Shown in pieces: positions 44,624 through 54,212 of a stretch of 57,876 nucleotides of DNA. The translations under genes and the position numbers were made by a program. Below the pieces are notes generated by a model that was given only the letters and a program-made list of their open reading frames with translations, was not told the origin of the DNA and ran no database searches. The DNA is taken from the NCBI GenBank assembly GCA_035711995.1, contig DASTBQ010000085.1, positions 1 through 57,876 on the forward strand, given 5' to 3'. Origin of the DNA: Acidimicrobiia bacterium. Lineage in GTDB: Bacteria > Actinomycetota > Acidimicrobiia > Spongiisociales > ZC4RG35. How positions within the stretch are numbered: position 1 is the stretch's first letter; the number at the start of each line of letters is the position of its first letter.

Positions 44624-44666
44624 GCGTGTTCTTGGTCTACGTGTCGGCCGTGGTCATACTCCCTGC

Positions 44667-45578
44667 GTGACTCAGATTGTCAGGTCCCTGGTCGGGGGTT
44701 TTCTCATGGGGGCGGCCGATCTGGTCCCCGGGGTATCCGGCGGCACCATCGCCCTGGTGATTGGGATCTACGAGCGACTCATAGGTTCGATCAAGGAGGG
44801 GAGTTCCGCCCTCGGAGCACTCATCAAGGGGAGCTGGAACGGGTTCAAGGAGCACTTGGGCCTGGTCGAATGGCTGTTCCTGGTCCCGCTGCTCGTTGGG
44901 ATCCTCACCGCAGTCGTCTCTCTGGCGAGTCTTCTCGAGCACCAGCTCGAGACCAACCCGACGATCATGGCCGGAGCGTTCTTCGGGCTGGTTCTCGGTT
45001 CGGTGCTGATCGCGTGGCGTCTGGTCAAAGAGCCACGGGTCATGCACTATGTCATCGGCGCAGTCGTGGGAGTTGTTCTCTTCATCTCGCTGGGTCTGGG
45101 GGAGGAGACGACGGTGAGCGATCCTTCGCTTCTCGTGTTCTTTCTCTCCGGGGCACTCGCGATTTGCGCCATGATCCTTCCCGGGATCTCGGGCTCCCTC
45201 ATCCTTCTTCTGATCGGGATGTACCCGGCTGTGTTGGGGGCGGTCAACGACCGTGACCTTGCCGCGGTAGGTGTTTTCGTGTTGGGCGCGATCGTCGGTC
45301 TGGCCTTCTTCTCCCAGGTGTTGCATTGGGCGCTGGCCCGCCATCACGACGTGGTGCTGGCGGGTCTCGTCGGCCTGATGGCCGGGTCACTGCGTGTTCT
45401 CTGGCCATGGCCCGAGGGGGTGGAGAGCTCAGCCCTTGGCACTCCAGGTGATGACGTCGTGGCCGTCGTGATCGCAGCTGGGATTGGTCTGGTCTTGGTC
45501 TACGTGATTTCGTTCCTGGCGACCGGCAGAGAGAATGTCAGCGAGCCGCAGCCGATCTCCGGACGCTCGGTCTCGTGA
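44667..45578 (+). CDS. DUF368-family membrane protein
   Basis: GAADLVPGVSGGTIALVIGIYERL and a second PGISGSLILLLIGMY repeat are present. Confidence 0.8.
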   Translation: MTQIVRSLVGGFLMGAADLVPGVSGGTIALVIGIYERLIGSIKEGSSALGALIKGSWNGFKEHLGLVEWLFLVPLLVGILTAVVSLASLLEHQLETNPTIMAGAFFGLVLGSVLIAWRLVKEPRVMHYVIGAVVGVVLFISLGLGEETTVSDPSLLVFFLSGALAICAMILPGISGSLILLLIGMYPAVLGAVNDRDLAAVGVFVLGAIVGLAFFSQVLHWALARHHDVVLAGLVGLMAGSLRVLWPWPEGVESSALGTPGDDVVAVVIAAGIGLVLVYVISFLATGRENVSEPQPISGRSVS

Positions 45579-46515
45579 GGTGACGGTCCAGTCGCGACCA
45601 AACCTCGGGCCGGGCCAGGGTCCGCTTCATCGAGATGAGAGTGCGCATGAAGGTGGCCACTGCCCGTGAGGCGTCGAGGGGATTGGGGCGCATCGCGTTC
45701 TGGACAGACGGTGATGGGCTGAGCGTCACCACGTCGCAATCGGGCCAGGCTTCCTTGATCAGGGTTATCTCCTGAGAGAGGGAACGTATCCCGACCCTGT
45801 CGAACATCTTCTCGTGGAATCGAGCCCGCTGGCGCTGCACGTCGGCGGCCATCGGTGCGACGACCAACACCAGATCGAGAGGTTGGTGGTGGCCCAGTAC
45901 CACGTCGGCGTGGGTTCCAGAGGACACGCCCCCATCCACATACAGATCCTCGTCGATCGGATAGGGGCGAAAGACGAGCGGTACTGCCGAAGACGCGGCG
46001 ACGGCGTCAGCAAGGGTGACTTTGGGCGCACTGTTCGTCCCGAACACAGCTCGGGAGCCACTCCTGATGTCGTAGGCGACGATCGCGGTCGGCGCAGTGG
46101 GCCAGGAGTCGGCCGCTTTGTCCCCGATGTGTGTGCGAACCCAGTCGCCTATGCCATGGGCGTTGTAACGAGCAGGTCCGCCAAGGAACATCGTGAGACC
46201 CGGGCGCCGGATACCCGGCACCAGACCGTGTCTGACCCAATTGCCTCTTCCGGTTGAGGCGCCACGCGAATAGACATGCGATTTGATCCGGTGGGCCACA
46301 TCTTCACGCTCGTCGGTGTGACTGACCAGAGAGTCGAGAGAGAGGGCGTCGTGGCGCACCAGGGCGGAGACGAACGCACCCGAAGAAGTCCCAACTACGA
46401 CGTCGGCCCGATTGGGGTCCCAATCGGTGGCCATGCGTATCGACATGAGCGCGGCCATCTCGTAAGCAGCGCCGGTGATGCCCCCGCCACCGAGGACGAG
46501 TCCTACCCTGGTCAC
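45538..46515 (-). CDS. patatin-like phospholipase (stand-alone)
   Basis: LVLGGGGITGAAYE, VVVGTSSGAFV (GxSxG) and YVDGGVSS (DGG) are present. GTG start. Confidence 0.85.
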   Translation of the reverse strand: MTRVGLVLGGGGITGAAYEMAALMSIRMATDWDPNRADVVVGTSSGAFVSALVRHDALSLDSLVSHTDEREDVAHRIKSHVYSRGASTGRGNWVRHGLVPGIRRPGLTMFLGGPARYNAHGIGDWVRTHIGDKAADSWPTAPTAIVAYDIRSGSRAVFGTNSAPKVTLADAVAASSAVPLVFRPYPIDEDLYVDGGVSSGTHADVVLGHHQPLDLVLVVAPMAADVQRQRARFHEKMFDRVGIRSLSQEITLIKEAWPDCDVVTLSPSPSVQNAMRPNPLDASRAVATFMRTLISMKRTLARPEVWSRLDRHLTRPSVRRSAAAR

Positions 46516-46561
46516 GGAATCACCATATAGCGTGATGATCGCTTACGTAGCGAGAGTTCCC

Positions 46562-46771
46562 TCAGCCGAATGACCTACCACAGGCCCTGCAACGGCTGTC
46601 GTTTTCCTCGGTTGGGGCATAACACCAGGGACACGGGAGGTCATCGCCCCGCTCATCCCTCATAGAGACCACCAAACGAGGATCGATCTTGAACCTCTCG
46701 TTGCCTCTGACACCCTTAGCGAGTGCGAACAAACCAGTCGTAGCCGTGGCGACCACCAGAGCTTCAAACAT
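46562..46771 (-). CDS. small protein: N-terminal hydrophobic helix + C-terminal zinc-ribbon
   Basis: 69 aa with CPWC...N9...CRAC. AAGGAGA lies 6 nt upstream of the ATG. Confidence 0.45.
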   Translation of the reverse strand: MFEALVVATATTGLFALAKGVRGNERFKIDPRLVVSMRDERGDDLPCPWCYAPTEENDSRCRACGRSFG

Positions 46772-46843
46772 GTCCGTTCTCCTTGCCTAGCGAGGAGAGG
46801 CTAAGTCGGGGTCGCGCGAATCCTGTGGATTTACGGAACCGCT

Positions 46844-47677
46844 CTATGTGCCCATCACGGCTTCGGTGAGATCACCGACCAGGTAATGGAGATCGCCCAA
46901 ACGTCCTTCGCGGCGCTCGGCCGCCTCGAGCATCATCATCGCCGAGTGGTAAGCGACCCATGACCTATAGCGGCTCTCGGGCAACTCGGCCCCGTATCCC
47001 TGACGGAATGCTGCCGCGGCATCCTCGCCGTGGTTGACGGCGAACTGCCAAACCGCGAGCGTCAGGTCCCATTCCGGAGGGCCGAGAGTGGCCCACTCCC
47101 AGTCGACGAGAGTCACGGCGCCGGTGTCGCTCACAACGAACTTCGCGGGTGTCGGTCTGGTGTGGGCAGCCACCGGATCGGTTGCCAAAGGCGGTTCGAT
47201 ATCGAGAGCCCTGTCGAGCACGACTTGTTGCATTCCGAAACGGCGGCGAAATCTCCCAAGTCTTTCGATTGTCGACCGGTAGTGGCTCTTGACATACTCG
47301 GCGTCGATTCCGGCGACGAGGTTGGTGAGATGTTCGGTCGGGGCCTTGTGCACGTTGCGAAGCGTCCGGCCGGCAGTTTCGACTATCTCCAGGTTCTTGG
47401 GGAGACTGGAGAGATTCCAGTTGCCGGTGTCTGACATCTTCAGCCACGCCTGCTCGCCAACAACACCATGGTCGGCGACTGTCGGCACCCCTTCGACGCC
47501 TGTCAGAGCCTCGAGAGCGCGCAGTTCACGCTTCTGGCGCGACGCCACCGGGTAGACCTTGACGATCGAGAACTCGTCCTCATCCTCGGTGACCCGGTAG
47601 ACATGGTTGGCTCCCGCCCCCAGCTCGCGTATACGAGCCGACGGGTAGAGGTTTTCCACGAGAGCGCGTGATGTCAT
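46844..47677 (-). CDS. aminoglycoside/choline-kinase-type phosphotransferase-fold protein (atypical catalytic loop)
   Basis: The N-lobe has GAGANHVYRV and SIVKVY. The C-lobe has LVDWEWATLGPPEWDL. The expected HxDxxxxN loop reads HTRPTPAK. Confidence 0.7.
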   Translation of the reverse strand: MTSRALVENLYPSARIRELGAGANHVYRVTEDEDEFSIVKVYPVASRQKRELRALEALTGVEGVPTVADHGVVGEQAWLKMSDTGNWNLSSLPKNLEIVETAGRTLRNVHKAPTEHLTNLVAGIDAEYVKSHYRSTIERLGRFRRRFGMQQVVLDRALDIEPPLATDPVAAHTRPTPAKFVVSDTGAVTLVDWEWATLGPPEWDLTLAVWQFAVNHGEDAAAAFRQGYGAELPESRYRSWVAYHSAMMMLEAAERREGRLGDLHYLVGDLTEAVMGT

Positions 47678-47766
47678 CCCTACTCGACCCCTGTCGGACT
47701 ATGACGATGCCTATACGGGGGCACCCAATTACCCTGCCCGCAGGCTAGCGACAACAAGGCATATCC

Positions 47767-49692
47767 GTGCAGCTTCGTTTACCAGATCAGCGAGTTCTCA
47801 CTCGGGATCCCGGTGTCACCGGGGCAGAAGTGGCGTCCGAGATCGGCCCTGGGCTCGCTCGCGCTGCAATCGCTGTGAAAGTGGACGGCGTCCAACTCGA
47901 TCTGAACCGCCCGCTCTATATGGACGGGGACTTCGAGGTGATCACTCTCGACAGCCCCGACGGTCTGCACATCCTTCGTCATTCCACAGCCCATGTCATG
48001 GCCCAGGCCGTCCTCGGCCTCTTCCCGGGATCCACTTTCGCAATCGGGCCACCCATCGAGGACGGCTTCTATTACGACTTCGAAGTCGCAGATCCGTTCA
48101 CTCCTGAGGACCTGACACGCATCGAGCAGCGCATGCGGGAAATCGTCTCCGAAGACCAGGCGTTCGAGCGGGTCGAGATGTCGCGAGAAGCGGCACTCGG
48201 TGTCTTCGCCGATCACAAGTTCAAGGTGGAGATAATCGAGAACGTGGATCCGACTGAGGTCAGTACCGACGGAGAGGTCAGCGCATACAAGAACCTCCAC
48301 TTCATCGATCTCTGTCGTGGCCCACATCTCCCCTCCACGGGCCGAATCCCTGCTTTCAAGCTCCTCCGCAGCTCAGGTGCTTACTGGCGTGGCGACCAGG
48401 ATCGTGAGCAGCTGCAAAGGGTCTACGGGACGGCCTGGGGGTCGAAAGGTGACCTCGACGCCTATTTGCAGCGTCTCGAGGAGGCCGAGAAACGTGACCA
48501 TCGCAAACTAGGCGCCGAGCTCGACCTTTTCAGCTTCCCAAACGACCTGGGATCGGGTCTGGCCGTATGGCACCCAAAAGGAGGCATGTTGCGCAAGCTG
48601 GTCGAGGATCACTCCCGACGTTTACACGAGCGGTTTGGCTTCGACTTCGTCTTCTCGCCACACATCGGCAAGGAAGATCTGTGGCGCACCTCGGGTCATC
48701 TCGAGTTCTACGCAGAGAACATGTATCCGAACATGCAGTACGAAGGCGATCCAGGCTACCGGGTCAAGCCTATGAACTGCCCGTTCCACGTGCTCATATA
48801 TCAGAGCCAGCAGCGGTCATACCGGGAGCTCCCGATGAGACTCGGTGAACTCGGTGGGGTCTATCGGTACGAACAATCCGGGGTGGTGCATGGCATTCTC
48901 AGAGCCAGGGGCTTCACTCAGGACGACTCACACACGTTTTGCACTGAGGATCAGATCGCCGACGAGCTGCAGCTGCATCTCGACTTCGTCCTCACCTGGC
49001 TGCGCCACTTCGGTTTCGACGACTTCGAAGCCGAACTGTCTACCCGTCCCGAAAAGGCGATCCTGGACGAAGAGCATCGCTGGGACGTGGCGGAGAAGGC
49101 CCTGGCCGATGCCCTGGATGTCCACGGCGTCGACTATCGAGTCGCCCCCGGGGAGGGCGCCTTCTATGGGCCCAAGATCGACATCCACATCAGAGATGCC
49201 ATCGGCCGACGCTGGCAGTGCTCCACGATTCAGCTCGACGTGAACACGCCGAGACGCTTCGGGCTCGAGTACATAGACTCGACCAACTCGCCGGAAGTGC
49301 CCTACATGATCCATTGCGCCAAGGCTGGGTCACTCGAGCGTTTCATGGGGATTTTGGTCGAGCACTACGCGGGTGCATTCCCGATGTGGCTCGCACCCGT
49401 ACAAGTTTCGATTATTCCCGTGGCCGACCGTCACGACGAGTACGCCGGACAGGTCAGGCAGCGTTTCAGGGACAGCGGGCTTCGCGCCGAAGTCGACCTG
49501 TCCACCGAAACGGTGGGCGACAAGATCCGAAAGGCGCTCACCCACAAGCACCCGGCTGTGATCGTGGTTGGAGACGATGACGTCGCCAATGGGACGGTTG
49601 GTCTACGTCTATATGGTGAAGATCGTGACAGCAGAGGCGTTCCCCTGATCGAAGTCACCAATCGTCTCGTCGACATGGCCCAGCATCCCTGA
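47767..49692 (+). CDS. thrS: threonine--tRNA ligase
   Basis: The TGS-like N-terminus, the HSTAHVMAQA editing-domain motif, the class II motifs (FRGELGG-type LGELGGVYRYEQSG, GFTQDDSH) and the anticodon-binding tail are present. Confidence 0.95.
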   Translation: MQLRLPDQRVLTRDPGVTGAEVASEIGPGLARAAIAVKVDGVQLDLNRPLYMDGDFEVITLDSPDGLHILRHSTAHVMAQAVLGLFPGSTFAIGPPIEDGFYYDFEVADPFTPEDLTRIEQRMREIVSEDQAFERVEMSREAALGVFADHKFKVEIIENVDPTEVSTDGEVSAYKNLHFIDLCRGPHLPSTGRIPAFKLLRSSGAYWRGDQDREQLQRVYGTAWGSKGDLDAYLQRLEEAEKRDHRKLGAELDLFSFPNDLGSGLAVWHPKGGMLRKLVEDHSRRLHERFGFDFVFSPHIGKEDLWRTSGHLEFYAENMYPNMQYEGDPGYRVKPMNCPFHVLIYQSQQRSYRELPMRLGELGGVYRYEQSGVVHGILRARGFTQDDSHTFCTEDQIADELQLHLDFVLTWLRHFGFDDFEAELSTRPEKAILDEEHRWDVAEKALADALDVHGVDYRVAPGEGAFYGPKIDIHIRDAIGRRWQCSTIQLDVNTPRRFGLEYIDSTNSPEVPYMIHCAKAGSLERFMGILVEHYAGAFPMWLAPVQVSIIPVADRHDEYAGQVRQRFRDSGLRAEVDLSTETVGDKIRKALTHKHPAVIVVGDDDVANGTVGLRLYGEDRDSRGVPLIEVTNRLVDMAQHP

Positions 49693-50192
49693 TGACGGAG
49701 AGGAACCCTCCGGAGAACCCGAAGATCGACAGATCGGGCATCCACATCGAGCGCGATCTCGCCGACCGGATCGCTATCGAGGAAGAACTCGACTCGAACG
49801 TCGAGGGGACGTACATGTTTCCATCACCGATCCGGCGACGAATCGCAGTGTGGGTCTACCTCGTGGCCGCTCTCATATGCGGTCTCACATTCGCCGGTGG
49901 CTGGTTCGTGGCTGCCGGTTTCGTGCTCCTGGCAGGATGGCACTTCGCTTCGGCGTGGCCTCTGAACATCGACGAGCGCGAAGCGATGACGAGTGCTGCC
50001 GCAGCGGTTGATTTCCCGATCGGCCACGCCTCCGCATCGATCCGGTTCACCGGTTGGCGCTCCCGGCCGAACTGGTCGGTGGTCATGTACGCCGCCACCG
50101 AGCCTCCCGACCGACGTGGTCTGGTGGTGATCGACGCCGTAGACGGCACAGTCGTCGGATCGCCTTACGTCGAGCCGCTCAGCCCCGTTTAG
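49692..50192 (+). CDS. hypothetical two-TM membrane protein
   Basis: The ATG shares one nt with the thrS stop. Two adjacent hydrophobic helices read IAVWVYLVAALICGL and WFVAAGFVLLAGW. No family is recognised. Confidence 0.55.
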   Translation: MTERNPPENPKIDRSGIHIERDLADRIAIEEELDSNVEGTYMFPSPIRRRIAVWVYLVAALICGLTFAGGWFVAAGFVLLAGWHFASAWPLNIDEREAMTSAAAAVDFPIGHASASIRFTGWRSRPNWSVVMYAATEPPDRRGLVVIDAVDGTVVGSPYVEPLSPV

Positions 50193-51476
50193 TCAGCGCT
50201 CCTCGATGGGGCTCATGTCACGCTGTGTTGGGCCCACGTAGACCTGACGGGGGCGAAAGATCCGAGCCTGGGGATCCGCGGCGAGTTCACGCCATTGCGC
50301 CAGCCACCCGGGAAGACGACCTAGTGCGAAAAGGACTGTGAACATGTCGGTCGGAAAGCCCATGGCCCGGTAGATGATTCCCGAATAGAAGTCGACATTC
50401 GGATAGAGCTTTCGCTCGACGAAATAGTCGTCCGAGAGCGCTACCTCCTCGAGCTGGCGGGCGAGATCGAGGAGAGGATCCTCGATGCCAAGGGCGTCGA
50501 GTACATCCTCAGCTGTCCGCTTGAGGATTTTCGCCCTGGGATCGAAGTTCTTGTAGACGCGGTGTCCGAAGCCCATCAACCGGAACGGATCTTCCTTGTC
50601 CTTGGCTCTCTTGATGACTGTCTCGAGGTCGTCACCCGATGCGACGATCTCGTCGAGCATCTCGAGCACGGCCTGGTTGGCGCCTCCATGAAGCGGTCCG
50701 GAGAGCGCGGCGATCCCGGCGGCGACCGAGCTGAAGATGTTGGCCTGTCCGGAGCCGACCAACCGGACGGCCGATGATGAGCAGTTCTGACCGTGGTCGG
50801 CGTGGAGGATCAGGAGCAGATTCAGCGCCTTCGCCACCACCGGGTCGGGGGAGTACTCCTCGGCCGGCACGGAAAACATCATCTTCAGGAAGTTCGACGA
50901 GTAATCGAGGGAGTTGTCCGGATAGACGTATGCCTGGTGGACACCGTACTTGTACGACCAGGCGATCATCGTCGGGGTCTTGGCGATAAGCCGACGCGAA
51001 CTTATGTCGACCGCGTCCATGTCGAGTGGATCGAGGGCATCGGGGTAGTAGGTGGCCATCGCCGACGTCGCCGAGGCGAGAATCTGCATGGGGTGTGCCC
51101 GATGCGGGAAGGCCTCGAAGAGGTGCTTCATGTCCTCTCGAAGCAGCGTGTGATACGTGATCGACTCCTCGTAGGCCTCCATCTCGGTCTTCGTGGGAAG
51201 GTCCCCGTACTGGAGGAGATATGCCACCTCCAGGAACTGTGCCTTCTCTGCGAGCTGTTCGATCGGGTATCCCCGATAGCGAAGGATCCCTTCCTCCCCG
51301 TTGATGAACGACACCCGCGACATGCTCTCAGCGGTGTTCCCGAATCCACGGTCCAGGGTGACCATCCCGTATTTAGAGCGCAACTGAGATATGTCGAGAC
51401 CGAGATCCCCCTCCGTGCCCTCGTGGATTGGGAGGGTCAGTTCATCATCTCCGTAGCGGAGAACGGCGTCGGGCAT
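50193..51476 (-). CDS. gltA: citrate synthase
   Basis: LRYRGYPIEQLA, LILHADHGQNCSS, GPLHGGAN and MGFGHRVYK are present. Confidence 0.95.
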   Translation of the reverse strand: MPDAVLRYGDDELTLPIHEGTEGDLGLDISQLRSKYGMVTLDRGFGNTAESMSRVSFINGEEGILRYRGYPIEQLAEKAQFLEVAYLLQYGDLPTKTEMEAYEESITYHTLLREDMKHLFEAFPHRAHPMQILASATSAMATYYPDALDPLDMDAVDISSRRLIAKTPTMIAWSYKYGVHQAYVYPDNSLDYSSNFLKMMFSVPAEEYSPDPVVAKALNLLLILHADHGQNCSSSAVRLVGSGQANIFSSVAAGIAALSGPLHGGANQAVLEMLDEIVASGDDLETVIKRAKDKEDPFRLMGFGHRVYKNFDPRAKILKRTAEDVLDALGIEDPLLDLARQLEEVALSDDYFVERKLYPNVDFYSGIIYRAMGFPTDMFTVLFALGRLPGWLAQWRELAADPQARIFRPRQVYVGPTQRDMSPIEER

Positions 51477-51487
51477 CCCGGTCCTTT

Positions 51488-53542
51488 CTATCCCTGGTCG
51501 TCGTCGGATCTTGCGGCGATAACGGCCTGGGCTTCGTTGTGCGGGACCTCCTCGTAGTGGTCGAACTCCATCTCGAAGGTGCCCCGGCCTGATGTCAATG
51601 ATCGCAGCTCAGCTGCGTATTGCTGCATTTCGGACATCGGAACCTCGGCGTTGACTGTTCGGAGATTGCCCTCGCCGTCCATCCCCAGAACCTTGCCCCG
51701 CTTCGAGTTGATGTCACCCATCACATCACCGAGATGTTCCTCGGGCACAGTGACAGAGGCCTTCATGATGGGCTCGAGTAGTACCGGCTTGAGGTTTCCG
51801 GCTGCCGCTCGAACTGCCTGGATGCCCGCCATCCGGAACGACATCTCGTCCGAGTCGACGGCGTGGTACTTCCCGTCGTAGACCTCCGCTGAAACGTCGA
51901 CCACGGGATAGCCGGCGAGGATTCCTCGTTCCAGAGCCTCCCGGATCCCCTTGTCGACGGCCGGGATCAGCCCGCGTGGAATCGCTCCGCCTTTTACGGA
52001 ATCTACGAACTCGTAACCTGTGCCTCGCGGTCTCGGGGCGAAACGAACCGACGCGACTCCGAATTGACCGCGTCCGCCTGACTGCTTCTTGTGTTTTCCC
52101 TCGGCCTCGGCAGTAGCCATTATCGATTCCCGATAGGGAACCTTGGGAATCGTCGAGTCGACCTCGACGCCGTACATCCGTTTGATGCGGGCCAGCGTGA
52201 CCTCGAGATGTGTATCTCCAAGGCCGGCGAGGATCGTCTCCCCGGTCTCGCTACGTCGCTCCACCCGGATCGTCGGGTCGGCCTCTTCGATGCGATGCAG
52301 CGCCGTGGACATCTTCTCGTCGTCATGGTGGGAGTGCGGTGCAATGGCGAGTTCGGCCACCGGTCGCGAGAACTTGACAGGCTCGATCACCGCGTTCAGC
52401 CCGGGAGACCTCAATGTGTCCCCGGGGTGGAGCCCTTCCACTTTGGCGACGGCTCCGATACCACCCACCGGGAGATCTGTGACGTCGTGATGTTCTTTGC
52501 CCTGGAGCTTGAAGAGATTGTGCAGTCGCACCTTTCCACCCCGAGCCAGCTCGAGCTCCTGATCCGTCTTGGCACTACCCGAGTAGATGCGGAATAGGGC
52601 GATTCGACCGACGAAGGGGTCGGAGATGGTCTTGAAGACGTAGGCCAGGATTGGGCCATCGGCACTGACCTCCAACTCGTCGCCAGCACTGAGTCGTGGA
52701 ACTGGCCTCTCCAGTGGATTGGGCCCATAGTCGACTATGAACTCGAACAGCAGATCGATTCCGATGAGCTTTTCGGCCGACGTGACCAGGACGGGGTGTA
52801 TTTCACCGTTGATGATGCCGTGATGGATCGTGTCGACTATCTGGTCGCGGCTCGGTTCCGTCCCCTCGAAATAGGCTTCCATCATCGCGTCATCGGTTTC
52901 GACGACCGTTTCGATCAGACCGGTGTGAGCGGCGTGGACGAGTTCTGCCACCTCGTCGGGCAGATCGATCATGGAGCCCGTGGCAGATCCGCCCGAGTAC
53001 TCGTACGCCCGCTCCGTGGCGACTCTCACAACACCACGCAACCCCTCCTCAGACCCGATCGGGACCTGGATCGGAGCTACCGACTTGCCGAAAGCGGTTC
53101 GAAGCTCCTCCAAAACCCTCTCGTACGAGGCCCGTTCGCGGTCGAGCTTGGTGATGACGATCGCCCGTGGGATGCCCTCTTCCTCTGCCACCCGCCACAG
53201 CGTCTCGGTTTGGACCTCGACGCCATCTACGGCCGAGACTGTGAACAGGGCGAGATCAGCGGTCCTGAGAGCGATCCGTGCGTCTCCACTGAATTCGGTG
53301 GCTCCTGGGGAGTCGATGATGTTCACCCGCGTGCCGTTCCAATCGACAGTCGCCACAGCGAGACTCAGCGAGATCCCACGCTCGACCTCTTCCGGCTCGT
53401 AGTCGAGCGTCGTTGTTCCCTTCTCGACCGAGCCCATCCGGTTGACCGCCCCTCCCACGAACAGGAGCGCCTCGGCCAGAGTCGTCTTGCCACTTCCGCC
53501 ATGACCGACGAGGGCGATGTTGCGGACTTTCTCGGGAACCAC
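51488..53542 (-). CDS. elongation factor G paralogue (EF-G2-like)
   Basis: The five-domain EF-G layout is present. The G motifs diverge from canonical EF-G: GHGGSGKTT, IIDSPG and TKLD instead of AHxDxGKT, DTPGH and NKxD. Confidence 0.9.
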   Translation of the reverse strand: MVPEKVRNIALVGHGGSGKTTLAEALLFVGGAVNRMGSVEKGTTTLDYEPEEVERGISLSLAVATVDWNGTRVNIIDSPGATEFSGDARIALRTADLALFTVSAVDGVEVQTETLWRVAEEEGIPRAIVITKLDRERASYERVLEELRTAFGKSVAPIQVPIGSEEGLRGVVRVATERAYEYSGGSATGSMIDLPDEVAELVHAAHTGLIETVVETDDAMMEAYFEGTEPSRDQIVDTIHHGIINGEIHPVLVTSAEKLIGIDLLFEFIVDYGPNPLERPVPRLSAGDELEVSADGPILAYVFKTISDPFVGRIALFRIYSGSAKTDQELELARGGKVRLHNLFKLQGKEHHDVTDLPVGGIGAVAKVEGLHPGDTLRSPGLNAVIEPVKFSRPVAELAIAPHSHHDDEKMSTALHRIEEADPTIRVERRSETGETILAGLGDTHLEVTLARIKRMYGVEVDSTIPKVPYRESIMATAEAEGKHKKQSGGRGQFGVASVRFAPRPRGTGYEFVDSVKGGAIPRGLIPAVDKGIREALERGILAGYPVVDVSAEVYDGKYHAVDSDEMSFRMAGIQAVRAAAGNLKPVLLEPIMKASVTVPEEHLGDVMGDINSKRGKVLGMDGEGNLRTVNAEVPMSEMQQYAAELRSLTSGRGTFEMEFDHYEEVPHNEAQAVIAARSDDDQG

Positions 53543-53642
53543 GAGACCTCCTTGTGGAAAACGCCGATCCTAACCCTGGTTGAGACCGAGCAGGTAGGCG
53601 ACGATGTAGACGACCTTCCCCGACTGGTGCTACTTTCTCGCC

Positions 53643-54212
53643 GTGATCGACGCCCGGGTTCGACCCCATGTGACCCGATATCTGGACGCTATGGGGAGGG
53701 GGCTGTCCAAGATCGGAATGACACCTGCTGCAATGACGGCCCTTGGGCTGGCCCTGGTGCTGACAGGTGCTGTGATGGTCGGCATGGGACGTCTCGTCTC
53801 GGGTGGTTGGGTGATCGCGGTGGGATCGCTTCTCGACGGTCTCGACGGTGCCGTTGCCAGGGCTTCGGGCAATGTCACGGCAAAAGGGGCGTTCCTCGAC
53901 TCCGCTTTCGACCGGGTGGGGGAAATCGCTGCATTTGGCGGTCTAGCCTTCGCCATGGAGGGCAACGCCAGAGTCCTCCTGCTCATCGTGCTCGCGGTTG
54001 GCGGGGCGATGCTCGTGCCATACATGAGAGCCAGGGCCGAGGCCGAGGGTCTCTCCGGCAAGGGCGGGATAATGGGACGAACCGAGAGGCTCATACTGTT
54101 CTGCTCGGGCCTCGTGTTCGGGTTCGTCGAGGTGATGCTCTGGATCTTCGTTGTTCTGGTGTGGCTGACTGCCTTGATGCGCTTCCTTCGCACCTACCGT
54201 TCCATCGAGTGA
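53643..54212 (+). CDS. pgsA1: CDP-alcohol phosphatidyltransferase (phosphatidylinositol-phosphate synthase-like)
   Basis: The DGLDGAVAR...G.FLDS..DR motif is present. The position directly upstream of the PIM acyltransferase and pimA matches mycobacteria. Confidence 0.8.
   Translation: MIDARVRPHVTRYLDAMGRGLSKIGMTPAAMTALGLALVLTGAVMVGMGRLVSGGWVIAVGSLLDGLDGAVARASGNVTAKGAFLDSAFDRVGEIAAFGGLAFAMEGNARVLLLIVLAVGGAMLVPYMRARAEAEGLSGKGGIMGRTERLILFCSGLVFGFVEVMLWIFVVLVWLTALMRFLRTYRSIE

Noticed and set aside
52796-54208. First 471 codons or so of the 764-aa + strand ORF
   Set aside because: This part is antisense to the EF-G gene and then out of frame across pgsA. It is Arg/Gly/Pro-rich with no motifs, a typical high-GC shadow ORF. 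Only the last 293 codons, from the GTG at 54209, form a recognisable acyltransferase.
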